Of a stretch of DNA of 64,000 nt, positions 51,749 through 64,000 are shown one piece after another (position 1 is the first letter of the stretch; each line of letters starts with the position of its first letter). The stretch covers positions 1 through 64,000 of the forward strand of contig CAXHJY010001250.1 in NCBI GenBank assembly GCA_964016885.1. The letters are read 5' to 3'. The notes under the pieces were generated by a model. That model did not search any database, was not told where the DNA came from, and saw only the letters and a program-made list of their open reading frames with translations. A program made the translations under genes and the position numbers. Source of the DNA: Eledone cirrhosa. Lineage: Eukaryota.

Positions 51749-53156
51749 TATCTATATGTTTGACCAGAAGTCAATAAGGGAGGTATTACACAGTTGTGCG
51801 ACCTCTTCGATGTATCTGACAAATATCCCTCAAACTCCCAATCTGCAAATAATATGGATTGTAGCTCATGCCCAGAGGAAGATATGAAATGATTATATCT
51901 AGAATGAGTTTTGATCATAAGTGTGTTGCATCATCATTGACCAGGGCACAAAATACAATGTGTGGTCAGTATCTGATTATATATTTGACCTCTTTCCCTT
52001 TTATTTTATCTACAAATATTGATCAGTGCCAGTATGGTCGCTTTATTCGTTTAACACTTGTAAAAAGTTTCTATTGAATGTGTGCTGTTATTTGTGTAAA
52101 CATATTTCTTTTGTATTTCATACGTAGAATAAATCGTATCTCACTCAGCATATGGCATGGCGAATATGTTATAAATGTATTGACATAAAAAGCAACATTC
52201 AATTGAAAGCAAATAGTTGTATTTTTATCGCTTATAGAATAACATTCCCCCAACACAAAACAGAGTAACTTGCTTAAATTCTTACTGAGATATCAAAACG
52301 GACGCCCTTCTAATTAAACATCTTGGAATACAACCAGCTAGACATAACAGCAAGATTATCGTCAAACAACACACTACTTTGCGTTACAATAAAAAAACAC
52401 ATATTGAATAACGTAATCCTAGTTATACCATATCCAAAACATAAAGGCGAGATATTATTACCTAGATTTTAAGTTTCCTTTAATGATTAACATTGAAAGA
52501 TGAATATAATCATTAAGGCATCAGACAAAATGTTTTGTGGCATTTGATTCTGTTCTTTAGGTTTTAACTGTAAATACCATTGAGGCCAGCTTTGCTTGTC
52601 TGCCCTACGGGATAAATAGATTAAAAAGAAACAAAGTAAGGCAGATTTGCAAATTTGTTCTATAAATAGACACACATATGTTGCGCTATTTGTTCCGCCT
52701 TTTTATGTTCTCAGTTTGAATTTCCTCGGGGTTAACTTTAAGTTTAGTCCTTCCGCGATCAATAAAATAAGCAGCCTTGAGCGGAAGACTGGGAATTATG
52801 CTAGAGCGTTTAAAAAATGCCTTCCTGTATATGTTCCGGCCCCTTACATTCTGAGTTCGCTTGCAAAGATTCTGTTGGCAAACTGCATTTCCTATTAACA
52901 ACACCATTGCCGTGACGAAAATGAGACTTTCTGCATAGACAATTGACGCCCTTCCATAGAAAAAAAAATCCTGCTTGTGCCTGCAACCATTTGTAGCAAC
53001 CATCCAAGGGTAGATATATAATGGTCACCTTTGTCTACAAAAGCTTTAAATAGCATATATATGAGTTACCATGTTAATTACGTCGTGCATCTTCCTGAGT
53101 CGAGACGTACGTCAGTATGTACGAGACAAAACGAGTTACCAGCTAAAGGTGTGTAC

Positions 53157-53366
53157 AATAATAATATTTTCTACTTTTGGCACAAGGCCAGCAATTACTT
53201 AGTACATTACTGGTACTTTATTTACAATAATAACTGTTTCTACTTTTGGCACAAGGCCAGCAAAGATGAAAGCCAAAGTTAACTTCGGCGGGATTTGAAC
53301 TCAGAATGGCAAGGACCATACCTCTATGCTGCAAAGCATGACGTCCGACCCTCTACCGATACTGCC
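53157..53366 (-). mobile_element. SINE, rearranged with duplicated 3' tail
   Basis: Two copies of tttctacttttggcacaaggccagcaa, then the SINE 5' part. Confidence 0.8.
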
Positions 53367-53542
53367 TTACAATAATAATACCAATACGTGTGTTTCTTCG
53401 TAAATAGATATATACAAGATGTCCTAAAGAATATATACAAACTTCAACAGCATTCTAATAAATATTGCCTGTAAAGTTAATAAACGTATGTATGCATTTT
53501 TGCCCCCCCCCCCCCTCTCTCTCTCTCGCTCAATCTCTCTCT

Positions 53543-53594
<52 letters not shown>

Positions 53595-53603
53595 GTATGT
53601 ATG

Positions 53604-53719
<116 letters not shown>

Positions 53720-53757
53720 TAAATATACACGGGTGTGTATGATTGTGTATAGAAGAT

Positions 53758-54530
53758 TATATTAATAAAAGGAATTCCAACTTTGTCTGATTTACTCGTT
53801 TTATTTAGAATCCTTTAAAATTTATAATGGTATTAGAATGAAATAGTATGGTAGAATATTAAATGTTAAGTGTTAATTGAACAAGTACTTTCATGCTTTC
53901 GCAATCTTCAGGTTCATAATGTGTGGTGACAGTCAAGTTTGCAATTTTCAACTGTAATGAGATGGGTAAATTGTGTCCCTTATATACAGTGAAAAGTGGC
54001 TCCAGAATCTTGCAAACTGTATTTCAACCAATCGGTGTGTAGTTTCACTGATTTACTAAAGCTGATTGGTTTAGGCGTCACGGTTGTTGAGAATGCCTAA
54101 CGACTACTAATTGACCCTATCCAAAGCATCAATTGTTTTGCTATATTTAGAAATGATGAACATAGCATTTTCTAGTAATCATCCCCATCAACATCACTTT
54201 TATTATTATTATTATTGTTGTTGTTGTTGTTAGTGGTCGTAGTCATAGTCATAGTAGGGTACCCCATTATTATTGTTCATTTAGCATTCTGGAGCCACTT
54301 TTCACTGTATATAAGGCACACAATTTACCGATCTCATTACAGTTGAAAATTGCAAACTTGACTGTCACCACACATTATGAACCCAAAGATTGCGAAAGCA
54401 TGAAACTACTTTTTCAATTAACACTTAACATTTAATATTCTACCATACTATTCCATTCTAATACCATTATACATTTTAAAGGAGTGTAAATAAAACGAGT
54501 AAATCAGACAAAGTTGGAATTCCTTTTATT

Positions 54531-54536
<6 letters not shown>
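53758..54536. mobile_element. Fold-back element: ~250 bp arms (53758-54008 / 54286-54536), ~280 bp spacer, next to (TA)n
   Basis: Reverse-complementary arms with scattered mismatches. Confidence 0.88.
53878..53916 (-). ncRNA. 39-nt minimal hammerhead ribozyme motif
   Basis: Minus strand: tgaac-CTGAAGA-t-tgc-gaaa-gca-t-GAAA-gtac-TT-gttca. Perfect stem I, palindromic agtact. Confidence 0.75.
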
Positions 54537-54561
<25 letters not shown>

Positions 54562-55334
54562 TTATTTATTTATTCATTTATTTATTTATTTATTGATAGA
54601 TATACATTTACATGCATATACATATATATAAAATCATTGCAAACACTCCCAAATTAATGTTTCTAAATATTGAAATTTTGAAACATATTACGATCGAAGC
54701 CCTAAAGTAAATTGCGTCTGAATCTTTTAATCCCTAGAATATATTAAATTTTAAATTTAATTATAAATTTATTGAAATGTTGTTTTCTTCTAAAGAACTA
54801 TGGATATGCACAGATGTAAATAATTGGTTTTACTCTTTCATCTTTTATACAACTCTATTCCAATTTGTATAATATCTAATGAATATACACGTTATAGTGT
54901 TTACATGCAGTTAAATGCAGATGTTTTCATATATATCTTTGAAACGTGTAATCAATTTATTAAACATATGATCTCTTGCCTATTCAATATGACTATACAT
55001 GTTATGAGATGATTTCGGATCTTTATAATAGGTTCTTTGCCTAGGTGATCTATTGGATTTCAAATTATCCAACTTAACCCAAGGGATATCTGCAGTAAGA
55101 CAATAAATCGGAGAAAGAAGAAAAGCTAACATGATCATTGTTTTGCTAGCCATTTAAGTCGTATACATTTTAACAACACGAGAGGGAATCTTGACCGGAG
55201 TGCCATTCTATTATTACCTATATCTCTGTCTATCCATCCATTACCTACGTACATATATATACGTGTGTCTCTTTCGTACTCTATCCACTCTCTCTCTCTG
55301 TGTATTCACACACACAGACAAACAGACACACACA

Positions 55335-55417
<83 letters not shown>

Positions 55418-55891
55418 TAGTATCTGCTGTCTCTATACATCTCCTTCTCTAAATATATACATACCTACTTTTCTATCTATGCATACCAACGGTATTATTA
55501 TCTTACGGCTAACACCATTTTAAAAATTGCTAGCTTGCAGCGCGCCAATATTTCCACCCTCATTCTGGATTCAGGTTGTCGTTTCAACTATATTCTGATA
55601 CTTAAACGTTTAATAAATTTCCTAAAGGTGAAACTTTCACACAATCTCATTTTACAACCATCCACTCTACTCTAAAACTAAAAGGGATAAAGGCACATAT
55701 ACACATATCATAGATTAAAGAATTATCTATAATCCCTATAATTACTACAGCTATCGTAGCTATCAAATATTCATATACTAACCATCATAATATATTTTCC
55801 GTTTCTCTTTCTCTATTTATCTATCTCTTTCAATATAAATAGATGCATTGATCAAGAAAGAATGGATATATTACTTCTCTCTTGTGCTCAC

Positions 55892-56125
55892 TTCGTTGTT
55901 TAGCCAATTTAGGCACCAGGTATTTCCTGACCGAGATGCAACCATCATCATCCCATCCTTATATAAATCAGGAACATCGCTCTTGTGAGTTCTATCGTAG
56001 ACCATTTTCTGTTTTATCCTAGGAAAGATGTATCCAATAGGTTTTATATGTGAAGTAGTTATAGTATTTGAGGGATATTTGGTTGCTATTTCTTTCAGAT
56101 CTGGCAATGATGTAGATGGTATTTT
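55892..56125 (-). other. Possible isolated coding exon or decayed transposon ORF (234 nt, phase 0-0)
   Basis: ttag|AAA...GAA|gtgagc bounding 78 open codons. No recognisable motif. Confidence 0.25.
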
Positions 56126-58298
56126 CTAATTGTTTCAAAAGTAACGGAAAAAAATAATTCGTAAAACATTGAACAAAATATCTTGCTTACTTTTATTACA
56201 TCTCTTAACGCTCTGAATTCTCGTATCAGCGTAGACGACGGTTCAAGAGAAAACATTTTATTATTTCATCCAGCTCTTTGTGTATTGACTTCAAGTTTAG
56301 CTTAGGTTAGCATTGCCTTTTCTGTCCAATATCTGAAGCGGTGGATTAGTAACATTTTTAGAGGGAGGAATGTGATGCCTTGCAGTATCTGTTTGAGTTT
56401 TAACAGTTGCAATGGAACTGTTGTCAAGCTTTATCAACTTTCTAATCCCCCAGGCAACATTGTTGACATGTAAAGAATAGATTTGCCGGAAAGACAAATG
56501 CTTGATTTCCACGAGGATATTTGCTCATGACTACCCCTTGCAGAATAATTTTGTAAAGGCAGATGTAGAGATCATATATGCATGCATTGTCCTGTAACAT
56601 CTGAAGGAGACGTAAGGTCACCGTAATAACGTATGGCGTTTCTAGAGCATCTACTTAAACCTGATGTTCTTCTCCAGGTCGAAATAAAGCAGATTTCTTC
56701 CAAAGAAAACAGAGTGGTTAGAAAGAAATGAAGCGTGAAAGAGATATAGAGGAAGAATAGAACACATTCCTTCACTGGTACTTTTTAATGACCTCAAATG
56801 GACGATAGACAAAACAAACAATCTCAGCGGGATTCGAACTAAAAGAGCAGAAAGCCGAAATGAATACGCAAAGCATTCTATCCGACATTCTAATGACTTT
56901 GTTAATTCACGACTGTGATATATAATGAAAAACAAAGTGAGCAAGAGAAGAATCAGTGCTTTCGAGATATTTTAATCAAGGATTGAATCGTTTAGGAAGT
57001 TTCCACATGTAGAAGTAAACTGTAATCAATCATAATTAGTTCAACACCGAAACCAATTGAAACCTCAAAAGCCGTGAAAAATGCCAAACCAGCTACATTC
57101 ATATGTATACAATTTTTTTCATAACGAACTTTGTTATCAACACTTTATTAATTATATTTAACAAGGAATACACCTGCGCAGAGAAAGAAAGATGTATATG
57201 CTCTTTCAAACTACTACAAGTAATATCCAAATCTTTTTCACCTTCTAGTTTTTAGAAAGTGGCGTCAGGGTGGTATATAGAATAATATTGTCTGTAGAAA
57301 TATTTGAATATTTCCGAATAAAATATATTTAGTCATAGATTTGCTGAACAAGTGCTGACCTAGGATTAAACAACACCAACAACAACAACATTGACTGCCA
57401 TAAATAGTGTTAAATTAAATTTGTGGGATGTAACGTTAATGGATTTACCACATTTCAACTCAATTCGATTTGTGTATTAATTAACTGTAGGAATCTATAC
57501 AACTTAAAATGTCCTGTAACATTCAAGAAAGAGCAAGTTCAATCTAGGTGCACCTAAATTTCTTTCGGCATTTCGATTAAAATCTGGTGGGTTATTGCTA
57601 AGCTAAAATACAGTTGATGTGAACTGTAGTAACGTCTTATGCGAGAACTGACCCAATGCAGAGAATTTATTTTCGTATAATATCAAAAGGCTGAATTTTT
57701 CATTGCGATCGCTTTGTCAAAGACGAACGATAACGCCTCCTCAACAAACACTACTTTACATTTTATCTGCTCTCATCCAAGAACTTCATTATTACCTGTC
57801 ACCATTAACTATATCTTCAATTACATTGTGCAATCAACAACCTTCAATTATCTGCACTCTGCGTCAAACATCCCCACCATTGTTTTTCTAGTGCTTCCCC
57901 TTTCTTGAAAGGCAAATCTCTGAAACTTGCCCCTTTTCACGACAATTTCTTTGTATAAACAATATTTGCTGCCAAACGCTGAGACCTCACTCACCACACC
58001 GTTTCCTTTGTGCTGGGGATTTTTATTTACATCGTTCACACACTCTCATTTTTCGATTTGTTTCTATCAATATCAGATATATTGAACACTAGCACACCCC
58101 AACACATACAAGTATATGCGTGCATGAATACCGACCTAATACAAACACAAACACGTATACACTAACACGTAACAGAAACGGACAATGTCCCAAACATAAA
58201 TATCTTAATATAGTAACATCCACCAACCATCTACGCTTTTCAATGCCACCCATATAAATGGCATCATATTTACCATTTTTCGACCTTCTAGAAATAAT

Positions 58299-58481
58299 TG
58301 TTTCTACTTTAGGCACAAGGCCAGCAATTACCCAGTGCATTACTAGTACTTTATGTTATCGACCCCGTAAGGATGAAAGGCAAAGTCAACCTCGGCGGGA
58401 TTTGAACTCATATTGTAAGGGGACATAACTATGCTGGAAAGCATGGCGTCCGACCCTCAACCGATACTGGCAATCCACCGC
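58299..58481 (-). mobile_element. SINE with 15 bp target site duplication
   Basis: ccttctagaaataat at 58284-58298 and 58482-58496. Confidence 0.9.
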
Positions 58482-58527
58482 CCTTCTAGAAATAATGACA
58501 AAATCTACCAAATATAACACAGTACAT

Positions 58528-59720
58528 TCTTCTTCTTCTTCTTCTTCTTCTTCTTCTTCTTCTTCTTCTTCTTCTTCTTCTTCTTCTTCTTCTTCTTCTT
58601 CTTCTTCCAGTGGGTCCTTTCAAAAGCAACCGTTTGCAGCTGATCCGGCAGGAACCCCAAGCGAGACCAGCCGAGCTTATAGATGTTATCCAACCATTTT
58701 GCTCTGGGTCTACCCCTGGATCTCATGCCGGTTGGTTTTGCCCGTTTAAATTAGTCCAGAGATTCCTGAGACATTCTAACGATATGTCCATAATATTGAA
58801 GCTGTGATATCTCAATTCGGAGAAGTAGCGGCTCTACCAGTAAGGATTGTCTGATCTCCGAGCTCCGCATGCTATCAATTAACGTGACTCCAATTTCACT
58901 TCTCAGGAACCTCATTTCAGCCGCTTGTATTCGCGATCGTATTATTTGGGTTATTACATAAGTCTCATACCATAGGTAAGGGTTGGCAGGAATACCGAAT
59001 TGAAAATAGGTAGACGCTTTAATGTCTCCACCTCCCTTCCGTACGCAAGCTTCCTTGAGAGGACGACTGTCTCAGTGTTCGCAGCACTGATTTTCATTCC
59101 AGCCATGCAGCACTCAGCATCCAACCTATCAAGTGTAAGTCGGAGATAACTGTCGAATTAAGTAATACTGTGTCATCTGCAACTTCCAAACCGACTGATT
59201 CTACACTTGCTAATTGTGATGTCACTTCCAATGTAGCTGTGCAAGTGAATTTTATTCATGAAAATAATGAGAGGTGACAGTATGCTCCCTAGGCGGAGTC
59301 CGAATCTCACATTGAATGGTTTCGATTTAGCATCATTTATCTGAATACAAATACACATATATTCGTATAGAAACATCAGGCCAACAGAAGCTGCCCACAG
59401 CAGGTCTCATGGAACGCGGTCATAAACCTTTTGGGGGTTTTTAAAACAAGAGTGCACCTCTTGGCAGTACTCCCACGATTTCTCCAAGACCTGCCATATG
59501 TGGATTTCTGCACAGCAGTGCTGTACCCGTGGGGTATACGGCACCATTCCTCAGTTATCTTAGACTCTACATCTTTGTACCGGGTACTCAGGATGGATGT
59601 TTCCGGGTAGGTTTAACTTGGAAAACCCTCTATATTTGAGCCATGTCTCTTCGTTTCCTTTTTGAAAATTGGGATTATCATTCCGGATTGTCACCAATTT
59701 AAAGAGGAACGCATTAGATA
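58528..59720 (-). mobile_element. Decayed RTE-like LINE 3' part with (GAA)n tail
   Basis: SKPFNVRFGLRLGSILSP and RSRGRPRAKWLDNI motifs. The 3' end runs into (GAA)n. Confidence 0.8.
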
Positions 59721-60317
59721 ATGTGATTCAGGGATCCATACATATAGGAACATTTACGGGATAGCCACTTTTGGGATGCTTTTCGACAATGGGTTGCTAG
59801 ATTAGGGTTGATCCCAGTCTAAATTATATGTAAAACAGCCAGGACGAGCTCCATGGAATAAAAAATATCTACTGTATATCTTCCACCCCACAAACACTCA
59901 ACCAACTCCTTTACATCCTCCATTGACATCACACCTACTCACCTTTCGCACCTCAATCGACCGCCTTCCTGTCAGAATTCTTCAAGTTCAGCTGAACAAA
60001 CCAAACGTATTTCTAATTGGATGGTGTATATATATATATACACATGTGCGTGTGTTTGTGTGTGTGTGAGAGAGAGAGTTTTTTAATATATATGTAGGTG
60101 TTAATATGTATGCATGTATGTATGTATATTTTCTGTATATATAATTGTGTCTGCCTGATGAGGGAATGTAAATGTGTTCTTTGGAGTAAGGGTGGATATG
60201 GAACAGCTGGGTATAAGATTTGAGGTCAGACATCATTTCTACTATATCCATCACCACTATATCTATCACCACCTGCTGCTTCTGTTGCTGCAATTATATA
60301 CCAACATATATTCCGTT

Positions 60318-60462
<145 letters not shown>

Positions 60463-61136
60463 GTCGTTTTTATTATTAGTCTGAGATCAAATCTATTCCG
60501 TAGGTTTCCTATCTAGAACAAACTCATGACTGCATTATCGAATGTGTCCACTTCTAAGACGTTAGAGGAATGATTTGAATGATATTTGGCCGGTATTTTT
60601 ACAGAAAGATTGACCATGAAGAGGCTCCCTCTCTGACTCATACTACTGCTGTTCATACAACTACCCTACTTCGACTATCATCATTCATTCTTGACGATGG
60701 TGTTTGTGCTGCTGGTAGTAGTAGTAGCGGGAGAGGGAGCAACTTCAATAGTAGAACAGTTGGTGTTACAGACGTATTGCTTGAGAGTAGTTTATTATTA
60801 CTAGTGGTTGGCTAAGGGAAAAGTGGAAAAAATAGGTGAGTGTCAGAATCGCCAGAGTGCCAAATAAAAATGTTTCGTGGTATCAAATTACGCTACCTTT
60901 ACTTTCTAATTTTAAAACTCCTTGGGGATGAATTAGTATTTCGGTTATGAAGACGATGAAATAAAAATTTCTCATTTCAACTCCAGCTTTATTTTATCAA
61001 TCTCTTTTTTGATGTCCCGCTATTTACCGGACATAACCGATCATATTCCTATGTGTCTCTGTTACATCTACTGCTTATGTCCTGTAAGTAGCGGTACAAC
61101 CCAAGATGATTGATAAAATAAAGTATCAGCCAAATA

Positions 61137-61297
61137 GGCGGCGAATTGTCGTTAGAGTCGTTAGAACGTCGGGTAGAGTAATTTGTGGCATTCGTTCCGG
61201 CTCTCTACTCTCTGAGTTCAAATCCCATGGTGGTCAACTTTGCCTTTCTTCCTTTCGAGGTCGATAAAAAGGTTACCAGTCTAATACTGGTGTCGAT
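61137..61297 (+). mobile_element. SINE, older subfamily
   Basis: ggcggcgaattg...ctgagttcaaatccc...gcctttcttcctttcgaggtcgataaaa. Confidence 0.75.
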
Positions 61298-61502
61298 TCT
61301 TCCTCTGTATCTATTTTTCACTTCCTCTGCCACTTTCTAATCTTCTCTGGAAGAAATCTGCTGTACTCAGGCCTGGAGAGGGATGTCCTCCGCCAGGCTT
61401 AATATGCCCAAGAAACGCCATTTGTCAATATGGCGGCCCTACGACTCCATCAGGAGTTACGGGACCATACCATACAATAAACACACACACACACGCACAC
61501 AC

Positions 61503-61569
<67 letters not shown>

Positions 61570-61691
61570 GACCCATAACTACTGACAGAGTCATAGGTTG
61601 CTTTATTGACTGTGGTGCTACTTTAGTATTTTAAAACCTGGTAGAATCCATCTCCAGGGAAGGATAGGGAGCGAGAGAAAGGAAGCGAGAA

Positions 61692-61769
<78 letters not shown>

Positions 61770-61929
61770 AGATAAATCTACCAAAATATACGGTAGTGTC
61801 CAATCCGTATGGAGAACTTAATGTAATCCAAATATCATGAAAAGAGAAGATGTATTCAAAAGATTTTTCGATGAAAATCACAGGAAATTCACAGGAAAAC
61901 ATTTTTCAATAAACAAATATAATTATTTC

Positions 61930-62035
61930 TGCCGGGGTTAACTTTGCCTTTCATCCTTACGGGATCGATAAAATAAAGTACCAGTAATGTACTGGTTAAT
62001 TACTGGCCTTGTGCCAAAAGTAGAAACAATTATTT
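61930..62035 (+). mobile_element. SINE 3' part
   Basis: Family consensus match. Confidence 0.85.
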
Positions 62036-62218
62036 CTGAAGACAGCATATATATGTGTAGGTATGTATATTCCCTCTGATAGTTTGTAAAATTTTTACAT
62101 AGATCTATATGATATACATACCAACACGCACATGTATATCCTAGAAACGATCGTAAAATGGTGAAATTTTTAATATAAGGAACTGTTTCTTTGTTTTTAT
62201 TCATTGTTTTTATTAATT

Positions 62219-62330
<112 letters not shown>

Positions 62331-64000
62331 CGGTCCCAGTACTAGGCTGGGGATTATTTTTTATCGATATCGAAAGGAGAGGGCTTGAATCCAGAGAACA
62401 GCGACCCGGAATTGATACGGCAAAACATTATTTCCGATGTTCTAACGACTCTGCCAAGTTGGCACGTCACCGTCATATACATATGCTTAATAATTTGGTG
62501 ATTAAAAATGACCTCTTCTCTCACATACACTAGATGAATGAACTCAGTCTAATGTAATCATATCTGGAACATACACATAACTGTGGTTCATGTTTATGTC
62601 GATGATACTTTCATTCTGTTCCATATTGAATGGATATATGATCAAAGGCGTTCCAGCGAAGACTATCCTGCCTTTCATATACTTATTCATTTGTTGCTTC
62701 CACTCGTGGTCAGATGCCTAAGCTTAGTGTAGGTAGAATATGTTGTATTTATCATTTATATGTCTGATGTCATAAACACACACACACGCACAGACATACA
62801 CACACACACACACATGCATGCGCTGTATATATATATATATATATAAAATATACATGTGTGTACGTGTGTGTGTGCGCGGTTGTGTATGTACTGATAATAT
62901 TCTTATGACCTACAGATTAAACTTGTGGTTTTAACTTCAGGGACTGTCAATTGTTGAAACACAGATACACCCTTCTTTCACCTATGCACCTATCGCTCTC
63001 TGTTCCACAGCCCTAATTCACTCCCTGGCAGTTTTTCTAAACCCAACATCTGCAGGGTACTTTATTATCATCAAACAGATGTATTACTATGGTCACCAGA
63101 ACTTTCTTTCTGTTGTAAAAGATTTTGATAAAGTTGAAAAACATACGGGTAAGATGGAAAGCAAAGAAATGTTAATCAAGTACAAAAATCATTTCTGGTG
63201 AAATGAGGTTAAACGAAACAGGATCCCCGCTTCCAGTCCCATGAAATTATACATTGAGAAACAGGGTGTGGAATTAAATTTATGGCACTGGTAGTAATAG
63301 TGTTAGTATATTTAGACCGAGGTCAGCTTTTATTATGATCAAAGGCGTTCCAACTAAGACTATCCCATCTTTTAGAAGTATCTAAAACTATATTGTTAAT
63401 CTGCTTCCTTACCTAAATACCAGAGCGCATTTTCTCATATAGTCCAGGCACATTGCATTGAAGTAGTGACGTTATAAGTAGCTGATATTTATGCTTGCAC
63501 ACACATTTAGTACATTTTTATTTAGCTTCTCTTTGAACCAGTTTTACTAACATTCATTTACACCCACTATTGATATAAATAGGTATTTATAAGATACAGT
63601 GAGGAGCGTGTGGTTTAAGGGAATTTGGCTGCTATTTACAGATGGTGGAAGTAACATGTACAGGCGTGCTTGTTGGTTCACATGTGATTTTTGAGAATTG
63701 ATGTGATGATCATGATAGTGACTGTGGTTGTGATGGTGCGTTAGTGTTGTAGCTATTGTTGGTTTTTTGTGGTGATAGTGGTTCTGGTGGTGCTGTGTTG
63801 TAGTTGACGTTTGTGTTAGTGGTGTTATAGTTGTTACTGATGGTGGTTGTGATAGATGTGTTGATGCTACTGGTGGCTAAATTAACCGTAGTGGTGTTTG
63901 TGTTTTAGATAGTGGTAGTAGTAATTATGATTTTCCTATTGGTGGTAGTGTTAATAGTGGGGTCATTGGTGCTGGTAGCATCTGGGATAGTGTTGGAGTG

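Overview
AT-rich, microsatellite-dense eukaryotic DNA with no confidently identifiable host gene. Its repeat content looks like a coleoid cephalopod such as Octopus (my impression, not verified). Identifiable content: (i) a near-full-length but frameshifted Tx1/L1-type LINE plus fragments; (ii) a head-to-tail stack of four R4/Dong-type RLE retrotransposons in (TAA)n tracts, one with an uninterrupted 1008-aa RT-CCHC-RLE frame; (iii) RTE-like LINE remnants; (iv) many copies of a tRNA-like SINE; (v) small Tc1/mariner, pogo-like and hAT MITEs and a non-autonomous Helitron. The most striking feature is about 10 non-coding fold-back (long inverted repeat) elements from several unrelated sequence families, mostly next to (TA)n tracts. 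Many carry minimal type I hammerhead ribozyme motifs pointing outward on both strands, including core variants (U3-A8, U4A, U4C, U-U at the base of stem II). This layout resembles inverted pLTRs of Penelope-like elements, but no RT or GIY-YIG coding sequence is recognisable. All folds were read by eye and none were tested.
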